Of a stretch of DNA of 64,000 nt, positions 1 to 9,419 are shown one piece after another (the first letter of the stretch is position 1; every line of letters begins with the position of its first letter). The notes under the pieces were generated by a model, which saw nothing but the letters and a program-made list of their open reading frames with translations, was not told the DNA's origin and made no database searches. Both the position numbers and the translations under genes were made by a program. This stretch comes from Alphaproteobacteria bacterium (lineage in GTDB: Bacteria > Pseudomonadota > Alphaproteobacteria > Rs-D84): assembly GCA_015062485.1 (NCBI GenBank), contig SUUO01000001.1, forward strand, positions 82,101 to 146,100, read 5' to 3'.

Positions 1-18
1 AACGAAAGGAAATATATT

Positions 19-1017
19 ATGTCAAAAGTAAGAGTTGCAATTAATGGCTTTGGTCGTATTGGCCGCTTGGTATTGCGCGCGGCGTTAGAGGCAAAACGCG
101 ACGACATCGAATTTGTTGCGGTTAATGATTTAGCACCGGCGGAACAGAATGCATATTTGTTAAAATATGATTCTGTGCACGGGAATTTGCCAATGGATGT
201 CACACTGGACGGTGAATACATCAACGTTGGGAACCAGCATATCAAGTGTATTGCCGAACGCGATCCGGCAAAATTGCCGTGGGGCGAATTAGATATTGAT
301 ATTGTTATGGAATGCACCGGTATCTTTACCGCCGCAGACAAGGCACGTGTGCACCTGGACGCGGGGGCGAAACGTGTTCTGGTGTCGGCACCATCGGCGG
401 GCGCAGATAAAACCATCGTATATGGCGTTAACCAAGATACATTGACGGCGGCGGACCTGATTGTGTCAAACGCATCGTGCACAACAAATTGCCTGGCGCC
501 GGTGGTCAAGGTGTTGAATGACACATTTGGCGTAAAATCAGGCTGGATGACAACGGTTCACGCATATACCGGTGACCAACAATTGTTGGATAAAAATCAC
601 AAGGATTTTCGTCGCGCACGTGCGGCAAACCTGTCTATGATTCCGACCAGCACCGGTGCCGCCAAGGCAATCGGATTGGTATTGCCGGAATTGGCGGGCA
701 AACTGGACGGGATGGCAATTCGCGTACCAACCCCAGACGTTTCGGTGGTTGAATTGGTTGCGAACCTGGAAAAAGACGCAACGGTCGACGCGGTAAATGC
801 AGCAATGAAAGCCGCAGAATCCAAAACATTTGGATATAACGATTTGCCGTTGGTATCGATTGACTTTACCCACGATGCGCACAGTTCCATCTTTGACGCG
901 GGCCAGACCAAGGTCCTGGGGGATAAATTGGTTCACGTGACGGCCTGGTATGATAATGAATGGGGCTTTTCAAACCGTATGTGCGACACAGCGGTTGCAA
1001 TGGGTAAATTGATATAA
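19..1017 (+). CDS. gap: glyceraldehyde-3-phosphate dehydrogenase
   Basis: 332 aa with NGFGRIGR NAD-binding N-terminus and catalytic SCTTNCLAP motif; AAAGGA RBS upstream. Confidence 0.95.
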   Translation: MSKVRVAINGFGRIGRLVLRAALEAKRDDIEFVAVNDLAPAEQNAYLLKYDSVHGNLPMDVTLDGEYINVGNQHIKCIAERDPAKLPWGELDIDIVMECTGIFTAADKARVHLDAGAKRVLVSAPSAGADKTIVYGVNQDTLTAADLIVSNASCTTNCLAPVVKVLNDTFGVKSGWMTTVHAYTGDQQLLDKNHKDFRRARAANLSMIPTSTGAAKAIGLVLPELAGKLDGMAIRVPTPDVSVVELVANLEKDATVDAVNAAMKAAESKTFGYNDLPLVSIDFTHDAHSSIFDAGQTKVLGDKLVHVTAWYDNEWGFSNRMCDTAVAMGKLI

Positions 1018-1027
1018 GATGCCCACA

Positions 1028-1062
1028 ACATAAAAAATCCCGCATTTGCGGGATTTTTTATT
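1028..1062. terminator. bidirectional rho-independent terminator (cccgcaaatgcggg hairpin flanked by A/T runs)
   Basis: perfect stem-loop plus T-tract between convergent gap and the Cys-rich gene. Confidence 0.7.
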
Positions 1063-2014
1063 CACAACCCAAATCAGACCGCAAATCTGCATTCGTCGCG
1101 ACCGCATTTTTACATAATTTTGGGCAATTTAAACTACACAAACCAGCAATCGAAAAGTTTTGATAGAAAAAATTTTTATTTTCATCTACAACATTACACC
1201 AACATTTCGTGCCTTTTTCCTCTGTTTTGGTGCCGTTGATTATCTGATACTGTGTCCCAGATAAAGAATTACACACCCCAGTTACATTAGCGCACGTATC
1301 TGTATAATTACACGCTTCTTCATACGAATACATACCAGACTGGTCCATCATCCCATCAATCGGGCCAATACTGCAATCATATATTCCAACCACCGATGCC
1401 GGCGTGGTACCAGCAAGAACTACACTGGAATCAGCGGTCCTGGCCGACGGACACTGCGTGCACCCCGCGCTACAATTAAAACTAGCACTAAGCAAACCAC
1501 CGGTACCGCTTGATGTTGAGAATTCGCATTCTATATCAGATGAATGCCCGTAATATCCCGCAGCACAGCTAAAACTGTATTCGGTTGAACAGGTTGATGT
1601 TGTACTGTCTGGGTCGTTGCACACATCTAATCTTGTGTAATCATAGCCATCGGTTATAGGATACTGCATTATATAACCGGTCGGCTCGCAATCAGCATCA
1701 CTATCACATTCATCCTCGGTCTCTATTTCAACACACGTATCAACTGGCACAGATATTGGCGCGCCACACCCCGTAGCCATATAAACGGTAGATAATTCAT
1801 ATCCCGTCTTGCACGTTTGACACTCTGTCACTTGATATTGGGTAACATTATTAACTGTGGACGTACCAGAAACTTTGGTACATTTTGCAGCCTCATTCCG
1901 GATTGTTGTCAGGCAATTTTCCGCCAAAATCGATTGTATCAGCCCCCACGCATCACAAGACGCAAATATCCCCATCACCACCGCCGCAACCAAACCGACG
2001 TTTAGATTCGGCAC
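1058..2014 (-). CDS. secreted Cys/Ser/Thr/Gly-rich protein (family member A1)
   Basis: 318 aa with an N-terminal hydrophobic signal-like segment and ~30 Cys. N- and C-termini (MPNxxVGL... ...LGCE) are shared with 48624..49586. GTG start, no clear SD. Confidence 0.6.
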   Translation of the reverse strand: MPNLNVGLVAAVVMGIFASCDAWGLIQSILAENCLTTIRNEAAKCTKVSGTSTVNNVTQYQVTECQTCKTGYELSTVYMATGCGAPISVPVDTCVEIETEDECDSDADCEPTGYIMQYPITDGYDYTRLDVCNDPDSTTSTCSTEYSFSCAAGYYGHSSDIECEFSTSSGTGGLLSASFNCSAGCTQCPSARTADSSVVLAGTTPASVVGIYDCSIGPIDGMMDQSGMYSYEEACNYTDTCANVTGVCNSLSGTQYQIINGTKTEEKGTKCWCNVVDENKNFFYQNFSIAGLCSLNCPKLCKNAVATNADLRSDLGCE

Positions 2015-2020
2015 AAAAAA

Positions 2021-2150
2021 GAGGGATAAAATATGCAGAAATCAGGGATTTTTAATTATGAATTTATGCCGAGGAAAAACGTCCCATTGGATTCGGCATA
2101 TGTTTTTCGTCTCTATGCCGTGTATTATACCGTTTTGCGCGATTTTTATC
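2021..2150. promoter_or_regulatory. conserved ~130-nt 5' leader of the Cys-rich gene family (copy 1)
   Basis: near-identical to 49593..49722; core motif cgtcccattggattcggcat at 2080..2099. Confidence 0.6.
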
Positions 2151-2286
2151 AAGGCGTTTTTTGACATTTCAATGTTTTGATATCCGACCCCAGCAAATCT
2201 TGACAATTATCCTTTAAATTGCAACCGCCAAATTTAACAAACTGAACACGCATTTGATAAACAAGGTCAAATAATCAGAATAACAG

Positions 2287-2328
2287 AACGCCCACAATGG
2301 GGCGTTTGATTTTTGTGGCGGAGTATGA
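2287..2328. repeat. terminator-like repeat module aacgcccaNaNNgggcgtttgatttttgtggcggagta (copy 1)
   Basis: 25-nt exact identity (ggcgtttgatttttgtggcggagta) with 4165..4203; hairpin plus T-run. Confidence 0.5.
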
Positions 2329-2365
2329 TTTTATCACGACCAACCACATACAAATTCCAACCAAA

Positions 2366-3754
2366 CTATAAACAAACAATTCTGTCTATGTTGATATTTT
2401 TAGCAAATATCGTATCATGCGATACCAATAGAATCGCTCCGCGATATTGATTCAGCGCTTCTTCTAATATTGATATGCTTTTGATATCCAAATTGTTTGT
2501 TGGTTCATCCAGAATCAGTAAATCTGGTTGGTGGGGAGCACCTAATATCGTTGCCAATGTTGCCTTTAGTAATTCGCCACCTGATAATTGTCCCGCTTTC
2601 TTTTTGGATGCATCACCACGAAAACCAAAGTTTGCTGCGATTGCATGAGCATCATGTTTTAACACACCAGATATTGACATAATGTTTTCAACAACCGTCT
2701 TGTCGCAATCCAGCAGCGATAAATCCTGATCCAAATACACTATGCGACCAAAGGTTTTTATATCGCCCGACTGCGGATATAATTTGCCACAAATTATTTT
2801 TAAAAGGGTTGATTTTCCTGCTCCATTTTTTCCTGTCAGCCGAACACGTGTTGCACCATACATAGAAAAATCAAAATTGCTAAAAATTTGACTGTCTGCA
2901 TATGCGAAATACAACGAAGAAATTTTTATCAACTCTTTGCTGTAAAAGTCCTTGGACGGCAATGGAATCTTTATCATATCATCACGCATTTGACCAGATA
3001 ACATTTGCCGTTGCTGAATTTGGTCATTTAATTTTTTTTGAATTATTGCACGACGCTTTGATTCTGTTTCTTGACTTTTACCTTTTAGCGCATTTGCTTC
3101 AATTCTTGATCCTGATGCCTTATTCTTTTTGTCTTTAGCCTGTTTTGCAACATGGTGTTGGCGTGTATTTTGTGCAACCACCAACGTACCAGTTAAACGT
3201 GATATCTCTTTGGTACAGTCGATATATTTTGACTCTAGGTTGCGTTGTTCGGACTGTTTTTGCGCAACATAAAAATCATAATTACCACCATAGACACGAA
3301 TTTTACCGTTTGAAATTTCTGCTATCTTGTCCATATGCTGCAATAATTCACGGTCGTGCGACACAACCACAACACCAAACGGATATGTAATTAAAGCATC
3401 AAAAAAACGCGCCTTTGCATCTGCATCCAGATTGTTTGTTGGTTCATCCAACAGCAAAATTTCCGCATTACTATCAAACGCCCGCGCCAACAAATAACTT
3501 TGACGTTCGCCACCGCTTTTTTTATCAATCGAATTGAATTGATTTACCATATAGACATCTGCATTACGCGCAACCTGACCAGAATCTGGTGCAATGTCGC
3601 CATTTAGCAAACGCAACAATGTCGTCTTGCCCGAGCCATTGTCACCGACAATTGCGACTTTGTCTGTATTGTTAAAAACAATCGACGCACCGTCCAGCAA
3701 ATTGCTGTCCGTATCATAACTGAAAAACACATTAGAAAGTGATATAAATCCCAT
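2366..3754 (-). CDS. ABC-F family ATPase (two NBDs, no TMD)
   Basis: two Walker A motifs (GDNGSGKT, GKNGAGKS), two LSGGE signatures and a charged linker. Start taken at the internal Met (MGFISLSN). Confidence 0.85.
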   Translation of the reverse strand: MGFISLSNVFFSYDTDSNLLDGASIVFNNTDKVAIVGDNGSGKTTLLRLLNGDIAPDSGQVARNADVYMVNQFNSIDKKSGGERQSYLLARAFDSNAEILLLDEPTNNLDADAKARFFDALITYPFGVVVVSHDRELLQHMDKIAEISNGKIRVYGGNYDFYVAQKQSEQRNLESKYIDCTKEISRLTGTLVVAQNTRQHHVAKQAKDKKNKASGSRIEANALKGKSQETESKRRAIIQKKLNDQIQQRQMLSGQMRDDMIKIPLPSKDFYSKELIKISSLYFAYADSQIFSNFDFSMYGATRVRLTGKNGAGKSTLLKIICGKLYPQSGDIKTFGRIVYLDQDLSLLDCDKTVVENIMSISGVLKHDAHAIAANFGFRGDASKKKAGQLSGGELLKATLATILGAPHQPDLLILDEPTNNLDIKSISILEEALNQYRGAILLVSHDTIFAKNINIDRIVCL

Positions 3755-3997
3755 AACAAAAACCCTATAATATCGCAGTTGAACACCGTGCATTTTTACG
3801 CACTACATTTTGAAAAATACGATATTATCTACTCATTGGTTTTTGTCCTTATACTTGTTTGTATATACCTACTGTAGCATATCCATCATAAAAATCAACA
3901 AATTTACATCATTGCACATACTGGTAACCTTGTGGTGGGAAAGTGGCTGGAATCCGCCTAAAAACAAAGCCCCGACAGATTTTGTCGGGGCTTTGAT

Positions 3998-4017
3998 TAT
4001 TCCTGGCGGAGACGAAG
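3998..4017. repeat. attR-like direct repeat: 20-bp exact copy of the tRNA-Ser 3' end plus 6 nt
   Basis: tattcctggcggagacgaag is identical to 17871..17890, the last 14 nt of tRNA-Ser (minus strand) plus its flank. Confidence 0.8.
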
Positions 4018-4018
4018 T

Positions 4019-4160
4019 ATTCCCTCGCCCCGCGGGTGGCGGGGCTGTGGGGCATTCCTGACGGTTTTGCCGTACTATGTTTGCAAAACCTACTCATTGT
4101 CGAACCCACGCCACTATCGTGGCTTTACCGGGTTCGAACCCCGATTTCGGCACAAAAATA
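4019..4160. other. conserved island-end block (shared motifs with 29341..29458, 9470..9660 and 62800..63038)
   Basis: motifs gggttcgacaatgagta, gaatgcccc(a/g)cag and ggggcgaggg directly abutting the DR. Confidence 0.4.
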
Positions 4161-4164
4161 AAAC

Positions 4165-4203
4165 GCCCATATCGGGCGTTTGATTTTTGTGGCGGAGTAA
4201 GAC
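4165..4203. repeat. terminator-like repeat module (copy 2)
   Basis: see 2287..2328. Confidence 0.5.
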
Positions 4204-4491
4204 ATTTCTACGGTCATTTGCATACAACATCAGGGAATTTACAGGGAAATTTTGCCATTTTTGTCCCAAAAACCAATTTTGCACTGCGCCCGAGTCGCAT
4301 ATTATCCACTTCCCGTAAAAAATTCCCTAAATAAATAACAGGGAATTTATTTAAAAAGTGCTATAATTTTGTTGATTTTCTAACTAATTTTTGGTATAAT
4401 ACGACCCAAGTTAAGCAGGCGATTTTATCGCCTTTTTTATTTGCCCTGCCTGATATCGGTGGGGCTTTTTTATTACAAAAAAGGAATAATT

Positions 4492-5142
4492 ATGAAAAAG
4501 TCACACATCATCATTTCTGACATAACATGTATGAAAGAAAAATTCTGTATTGCAGGTTTTGATACATATGAAAAACGCATGAAACGTCTGATGATAGACG
4601 GCGGTTATTGGAACGCTAATCAGATTCCGACCAAATATTGTGAAATATTGGTCGACAATGAAGAATTTAAAGAACCACGAGATTACCCACACCGAACCGA
4701 AGATGTCAACATAGATATTAAATCTATAGAGATTTTGCAAGAATTTGAACCAGGAAAAGAGTTGGCAAACGCACTAAAAAGCAGCATATCAAAAGACATA
4801 CAAAGTATATTCCATCATCATGTCAAAGAAAATGCTTATGTGCCACAGAAAACCAAATGTCCTTCGTTGGGCGCCATATTGATTCCGGCACACAACATTG
4901 AATTCTTTACGGAAGATGGCAAGCTACGCGCCCGCATTACTGACTATTCTAAACAATTATATGAATTAAAGGTCAGTTGCAAATACCTGCGTGATATATT
5001 TGAAAAAGATAAAGATGTCAAAAATCTGAATAATGCCATTGCCGCTAGTCAGTATGCTCATTGTCGTATTGGATTGGCACGCAAGTTCCTGATGCAGGAA
5101 AATCATTGCTATTTAATGTTAAACGGGTTATTTTTATACTGA
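4492..5142 (+). CDS. hypothetical protein (island cargo)
   Basis: 216 aa (MKKSHIIISD...) with AAGGA RBS; no motif recognised; AT-rich. Confidence 0.5.
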   Translation: MKKSHIIISDITCMKEKFCIAGFDTYEKRMKRLMIDGGYWNANQIPTKYCEILVDNEEFKEPRDYPHRTEDVNIDIKSIEILQEFEPGKELANALKSSISKDIQSIFHHHVKENAYVPQKTKCPSLGAILIPAHNIEFFTEDGKLRARITDYSKQLYELKVSCKYLRDIFEKDKDVKNLNNAIAASQYAHCRIGLARKFLMQENHCYLMLNGLFLY

Positions 5143-5143
5143 T

Positions 5144-5569
5144 ATGACAAAGATTTTTACAATTGGTTTTAGTGGCAAAAAGCCCGATGATTTTTTGGAT
5201 ATCCTGAATGCAGCCAAGATAAACTGTGTTTGGGATATTCGGCTTTGGCGCACCAGCCGCTTTGTTCCGTTTTACAGTGGCACAAATTTGGCCGCAACAC
5301 TTGGTTCACGATACGAATATCATCCTGAATTTGCCCCAACGACAGATATCTTAGCGAGCTACAAAGATGGTTGCATCACCTGGCCTGATTATGAACGTAT
5401 GTATAGGGAATTATTGGCCACTCGCAACCCAACTGCGGGACTTGCCTTGAACTCTCTTGACCGCATATGCCTGCTTTGCACCGAAAAATCCGCAACACAA
5501 TGCCACCGCCGCCTAGCCGCAGAATATATCGCAGAACAATTTCCAGACATCGAAATTGTGCATTTATAA
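5144..5569 (+). CDS. DUF488-like protein
   Basis: 141 aa. N-terminus IFTIGFSGKKPDDFLDILNAAKINCVWDIRLWRTSR and ...YEYHPEFAP fit the DUF488 pattern (TIGxS..EeF...L..vDVR..P.S....LGG). Translationally coupled to the upstream ORF. Confidence 0.45.
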   Translation: MTKIFTIGFSGKKPDDFLDILNAAKINCVWDIRLWRTSRFVPFYSGTNLAATLGSRYEYHPEFAPTTDILASYKDGCITWPDYERMYRELLATRNPTAGLALNSLDRICLLCTEKSATQCHRRLAAEYIAEQFPDIEIVHL

Positions 5570-5586
5570 ATGAATAATTTTAGCAC

Positions 5587-8500
5587 TTAATAGCCCAACT
5601 CTTCTTCTTTTGCTACTTCTTGTTTGATGCATTCGTTCAGCCAGTCCAGCGAATCCTTTGCCCACATACGAACTAGTGGATTGGGATGCTCATGTAAATT
5701 CTGAAACAACGGAACATACTGTCTATAATAATCAGAAGTATTTCCCCACCAAGTATAATTATTTATACGGCTACTAATTATATTCAATTCATCCTTTGTT
5801 TCTGCTGTATCTATGAAATACTTTATTATTGGACTCCAATCTACTTGTTCGCATGAATTGTTTAATAGGCTCACTATTTCCATGATACAATTCCTGATAT
5901 TTTTTTGCATGTTTTTATCAACTGATTGTAAATATTCCGGAATCTGTTGATCTAAATGCATCGAAAACACATATGGCGACGCTCCATATTTACCATTAAA
6001 TCCATCCCCCAATAATCCCATCCATCCAGACAACCAAATACTATCTTCTTTAGCCATAGCGTTTAAAACATGCGGCAACATTACCGTAGGATGTTTTTTA
6101 ATTAAATTTTTTATTATTTTTGAAGCATCATTATTGTATTGCAATCCACGATAAGTGTCTGATGCGGCTGCCGTTTTAAACGCATCAAAAATAGTTAACG
6201 CCTCTTCTGGGTTCCAGTCTATTTTATGAATAATGTTACTTACATGATGCCCACTCATAGGATCTTTAAAAATAAATAGTATATTTTCTGTTTTTGCTAA
6301 GATATCAAATACCACTTTTTTACAATCTTCTGACAATACATTACCGCTATGCTGATAATAGTCCAGTGTTTCTACAATAAAACGACAAGAATCTGTTCCG
6401 AATGTATAGTATACCCCCCACAAGAAACTTATAACACGTTCTAAATCAACAGATTTTCTAAGATTGATACTAAGACCACCAATTTGTAATTGTAACAGTG
6501 AAATTTTTTTCTGTGCTATCAAGTCTAATATACTATCTACATCAGGATCCAAGAACCCACCATGAACGACCCAAATAAGCCTAATAATTCCATTTTTAGC
6601 TATCCATCTTTCATCTCCAAGAATCCTCGTTAGGATACCGTCTATATAAGAAGGATCTCGTTTCCATATTTCGTGCATAGCGACAGCGAGCAATGAATAA
6701 TTATCATTATCCATCGCCATATGTAACGCCATCAAACGATTTACAAACTCTTTATAATCCGTTATACAAGAGCCTATTCTGGATGCAAAATCATTAATAT
6801 TTCCAGCATTTTTACTTATGAAAAACGGCAATGAATCATATAAATGTTCTGGATTAGCCAAGTATGCGTCTGCAATTTCTTCCGATTTCTGCTTCATCAA
6901 AGAATGCGCATGTTTAAAATCTAGCTTGTCTTCTGTTTCCATAAAATACGCAACATCCCATTCTGATGGGACTATATAAAGCTCAAACAATGATTCTAGG
7001 TCTCTATCAGCTTTCGCCAGAAGCCTGTCTCTATACTCTATTAGTTTTTCAAAACCCTTGTCAGTGTTAAAACGTGAATTTGCTATAAAAGTTGGGATAT
7101 AATCCGGAAATTTTTCCAATAGAGATGAGACTAATGGTTCATATTTTTCAAATAATCCATTCATCAATAGAGGATTTGTTTTGTTACCTATGATCTTCAG
7201 CAAATCTTTTTTTAGCTCATCGTCGGCAGTATTGTTTATCTCTAGCAATATATTTCCCAAGGCGTCAAAATACGTTCCTACTTCAGACCATGTTTTTGGT
7301 TTATAATATGTTAGAGTTCGTGCCCCTTGAGATTCCGCTCCAGCCATACAGCTATAATGCCCACTGTTATCCAGACCTTTGTCTATCATTTTTAAGATTA
7401 TATTTTTTCCCTGCTTGAATTCTGGAATCAAAGATCGTAGCCAATTGATGCGTTGCTCCAAAGAGGCCTCTGTCGGGGCAAGAAAAACTTGCATTGTTTG
7501 AACCAACACACCTGTTGCATTATTTCCAATGCTCTCATTTTCTCCTTTTGCTAATCTGAACAAAAGTGCGGCTGCCCTTTCATACAAATCCCTATGAAAC
7601 ATTATTTTTTCTAATGTCCACACTATGCGTCTACGATGTTCAGAGATCTTATCCTTCATATCATCATCTGTCCACCCTTCAAAGGCATACTCTAATGAGT
7701 TCATTGCCAAGTCTGGTGCAATTTCAGCTAGTTGGCCGAATAACTCATTACTTGGCGAATTAAGCAATTCAGCATTAGAAAAAGGGGAAGTCTTGTCTCC
7801 GATGAAATATTTTACAAATTCTCTGACATTATCTAAAAATTTTATTTTTTTCATGAAACGCTCTTGCAAGGCAAAAGGCAACTCTTTGTAATATCTATTG
7901 ACCATATCTGGATGTGTTTTGTCATTCCACTCTCTTGCTAAATAAATAGCTAATGGAAACGGTTGCACAGAAATAGAAAATCCTTTTTGTTGTATTATTT
8001 TGCGTTCACTAAATTCGTTGTAAACTTCAAAAACTTTATTTTTATCAAGTTCGAATACCTCGATTATCTTGTCTATCTCATTTGGATCTGCCAACCCCAT
8101 ACCGCTATACCTACGTCCAGCAGACACCATTCCTGGCATACAGCCTATTTTAGTGAATAAAGACAAAACCCTAAGAATCTTTATTGTATCTGGTTCACAT
8201 TCACCCGTACGATCTCTCAAAAGCAATTTATATATGTCAGTATCCTTAAAACGCCCTAACTTTACAGTTTCGCCCCTTGACATAGCCTCTTTAATTTCTC
8301 GCGCAATATGTATCGCGAAGCGAGGAAAACCATCTGCGACCTTGACTACTGCCGCCCGCATATGCTCTTCAAGATCTGGAGCAATCTGCTTAACGATAGC
8401 AGCAACAACTTCATTAGATAACTTATTAAACTTTAGTTCTTCAGAATCATCATATGAATCATAATCTATTGTAACTAAAGTAATTTGGCCACCAGAAATA

Positions 8501-9369
8501 ATTCGTTTAATCGCTTGCAACTCATCTTTGTCACATTCATCAATAATTAATATAAACGGTTTATTTTGATCTAATGTTCTCAGAAACGGTATTAAAAAAA
8601 TTAGTTCGCATTTAGGCACATAAATTATTCTTCTCTTATCTTCTTTGGACATACGATTACACGCTTCCAAAACTGTGCGCGTTTTTCCTATTCCTGCCAA
8701 CCCACTAATATTAGATACTGGATTTTGTAATATACGAGCTTTTATCTCTTCAACAAAAGAATTTAGCCTATCATCTAATTGAAACTGATTTATGGCATCC
8801 CTAGCATTCCACTCATCAAGAGATTCGGCACCAACTTTAATCCACATCTCTCTCAAATCTGGCTTTAAATCGAAGATTATATCCTGATGCAAGTTAACCC
8901 AATTTTGCATATCTTCCGCATCTAGAAACACTGGGGTTGTGTTAGTAGCGCCAATATTATCTAGCTCATCTTGCATTGCTTTTATACGTGCTTCTTTAAG
9001 TTGTGATGGAATATGATCTTTTGTCGAAATAATAACAAAATCGTAGTCTGCTAACAATTTTTTGCACAATGCTGTATGGGCAGGACTAGCTATTTCCTCA
9101 GCACACTTGGCCGGCGACATACTCGTCGCCTTTAATTGAAAAATTGTTTGAGTTGACGGAATAAATTTATCTAGTACAGTTTTTATTTTACCATGTAAAA
9201 TGGCATCTATTCCCCCATCTCTAACGTTTTCGTTAGAACAGACCTCAAAATCCCAAGGCTTGAACCCCTCTGCAAACAACAGCTGTTTTGTGAGCCTAGT
9301 CAGTTCCACGTCATTTAAATTCTTAATAGTATCAATATCTATTTCATAGCAGCTCATATAATCTCCCAA
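5587..9369 (-). CDS. Mrr-like nuclease + P-loop (STAND-like) NTPase + long helical-repeat protein; Avs/antiviral-STAND-like defence candidate
   Basis: 1260 aa. aa51-55 DGGID and aa78-80 QLK match the Mrr_cat PD-(D/E)xK spacing. Walker A GLAGIGKT (aa223-230), Walker B ILIIDECD (aa273-280). About 950 aa of C-terminal repeats. ~35% GC. Confidence 0.6.
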   Translation of the reverse strand: MGDYMSCYEIDIDTIKNLNDVELTRLTKQLLFAEGFKPWDFEVCSNENVRDGGIDAILHGKIKTVLDKFIPSTQTIFQLKATSMSPAKCAEEIASPAHTALCKKLLADYDFVIISTKDHIPSQLKEARIKAMQDELDNIGATNTTPVFLDAEDMQNWVNLHQDIIFDLKPDLREMWIKVGAESLDEWNARDAINQFQLDDRLNSFVEEIKARILQNPVSNISGLAGIGKTRTVLEACNRMSKEDKRRIIYVPKCELIFLIPFLRTLDQNKPFILIIDECDKDELQAIKRIISGGQITLVTIDYDSYDDSEELKFNKLSNEVVAAIVKQIAPDLEEHMRAAVVKVADGFPRFAIHIAREIKEAMSRGETVKLGRFKDTDIYKLLLRDRTGECEPDTIKILRVLSLFTKIGCMPGMVSAGRRYSGMGLADPNEIDKIIEVFELDKNKVFEVYNEFSERKIIQQKGFSISVQPFPLAIYLAREWNDKTHPDMVNRYYKELPFALQERFMKKIKFLDNVREFVKYFIGDKTSPFSNAELLNSPSNELFGQLAEIAPDLAMNSLEYAFEGWTDDDMKDKISEHRRRIVWTLEKIMFHRDLYERAAALLFRLAKGENESIGNNATGVLVQTMQVFLAPTEASLEQRINWLRSLIPEFKQGKNIILKMIDKGLDNSGHYSCMAGAESQGARTLTYYKPKTWSEVGTYFDALGNILLEINNTADDELKKDLLKIIGNKTNPLLMNGLFEKYEPLVSSLLEKFPDYIPTFIANSRFNTDKGFEKLIEYRDRLLAKADRDLESLFELYIVPSEWDVAYFMETEDKLDFKHAHSLMKQKSEEIADAYLANPEHLYDSLPFFISKNAGNINDFASRIGSCITDYKEFVNRLMALHMAMDNDNYSLLAVAMHEIWKRDPSYIDGILTRILGDERWIAKNGIIRLIWVVHGGFLDPDVDSILDLIAQKKISLLQLQIGGLSINLRKSVDLERVISFLWGVYYTFGTDSCRFIVETLDYYQHSGNVLSEDCKKVVFDILAKTENILFIFKDPMSGHHVSNIIHKIDWNPEEALTIFDAFKTAAASDTYRGLQYNNDASKIIKNLIKKHPTVMLPHVLNAMAKEDSIWLSGWMGLLGDGFNGKYGASPYVFSMHLDQQIPEYLQSVDKNMQKNIRNCIMEIVSLLNNSCEQVDWSPIIKYFIDTAETKDELNIISSRINNYTWWGNTSDYYRQYVPLFQNLHEHPNPLVRMWAKDSLDWLNECIKQEVAKEEELGY

Positions 9370-9419
9370 AAAACGACTCTTATTGAGTAAGTATATATAA
9401 TATAATGTTCTAAAATCAA

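Noticed and set aside
538-936. Antisense ORFs inside gap (538..936, 597..911, 635..829), and similar nested or antisense ORFs throughout the ORF track
   Set aside because: They overlap strongly supported genes on the opposite strand, lack RBS, and have biased low-complexity composition
1817-2180. ORFs 1817..2005 and 1857..2180 (and the 49630..49989 counterpart) translating the conserved leader
   Set aside because: Conserved at nucleotide level as a leader; frames are antisense to the Cys-rich genes and lack translation signals
4100-4152. Possible tRNA pseudogene (cgggttcgaaccccg T-arm-like)
   Set aside because: Cannot be folded into a full cloverleaf with acceptor pairing; treated as part of the conserved junction block
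4019-4160. Considered tmRNA (ssrA, possibly permuted two-piece) because of T-loop-like GGTTCGA motifs, tRNA-like 3' ends and ANE-starting frames in the related blocks (29341..29480, 9470..9660)
   Set aside because: No 5' acceptor strand partner, no tag ending in AA followed by a stop in the right place, and the tRNA-like 3' ends are explained as att duplicates of Ser/Pro/Glu tRNAs
3810-4334. ORFs 3810..4061, 3909..4109 and 4077..4334
   Set aside because: They span the ABC-F promoter region, att repeat and junction block; no RBS; composition atypical
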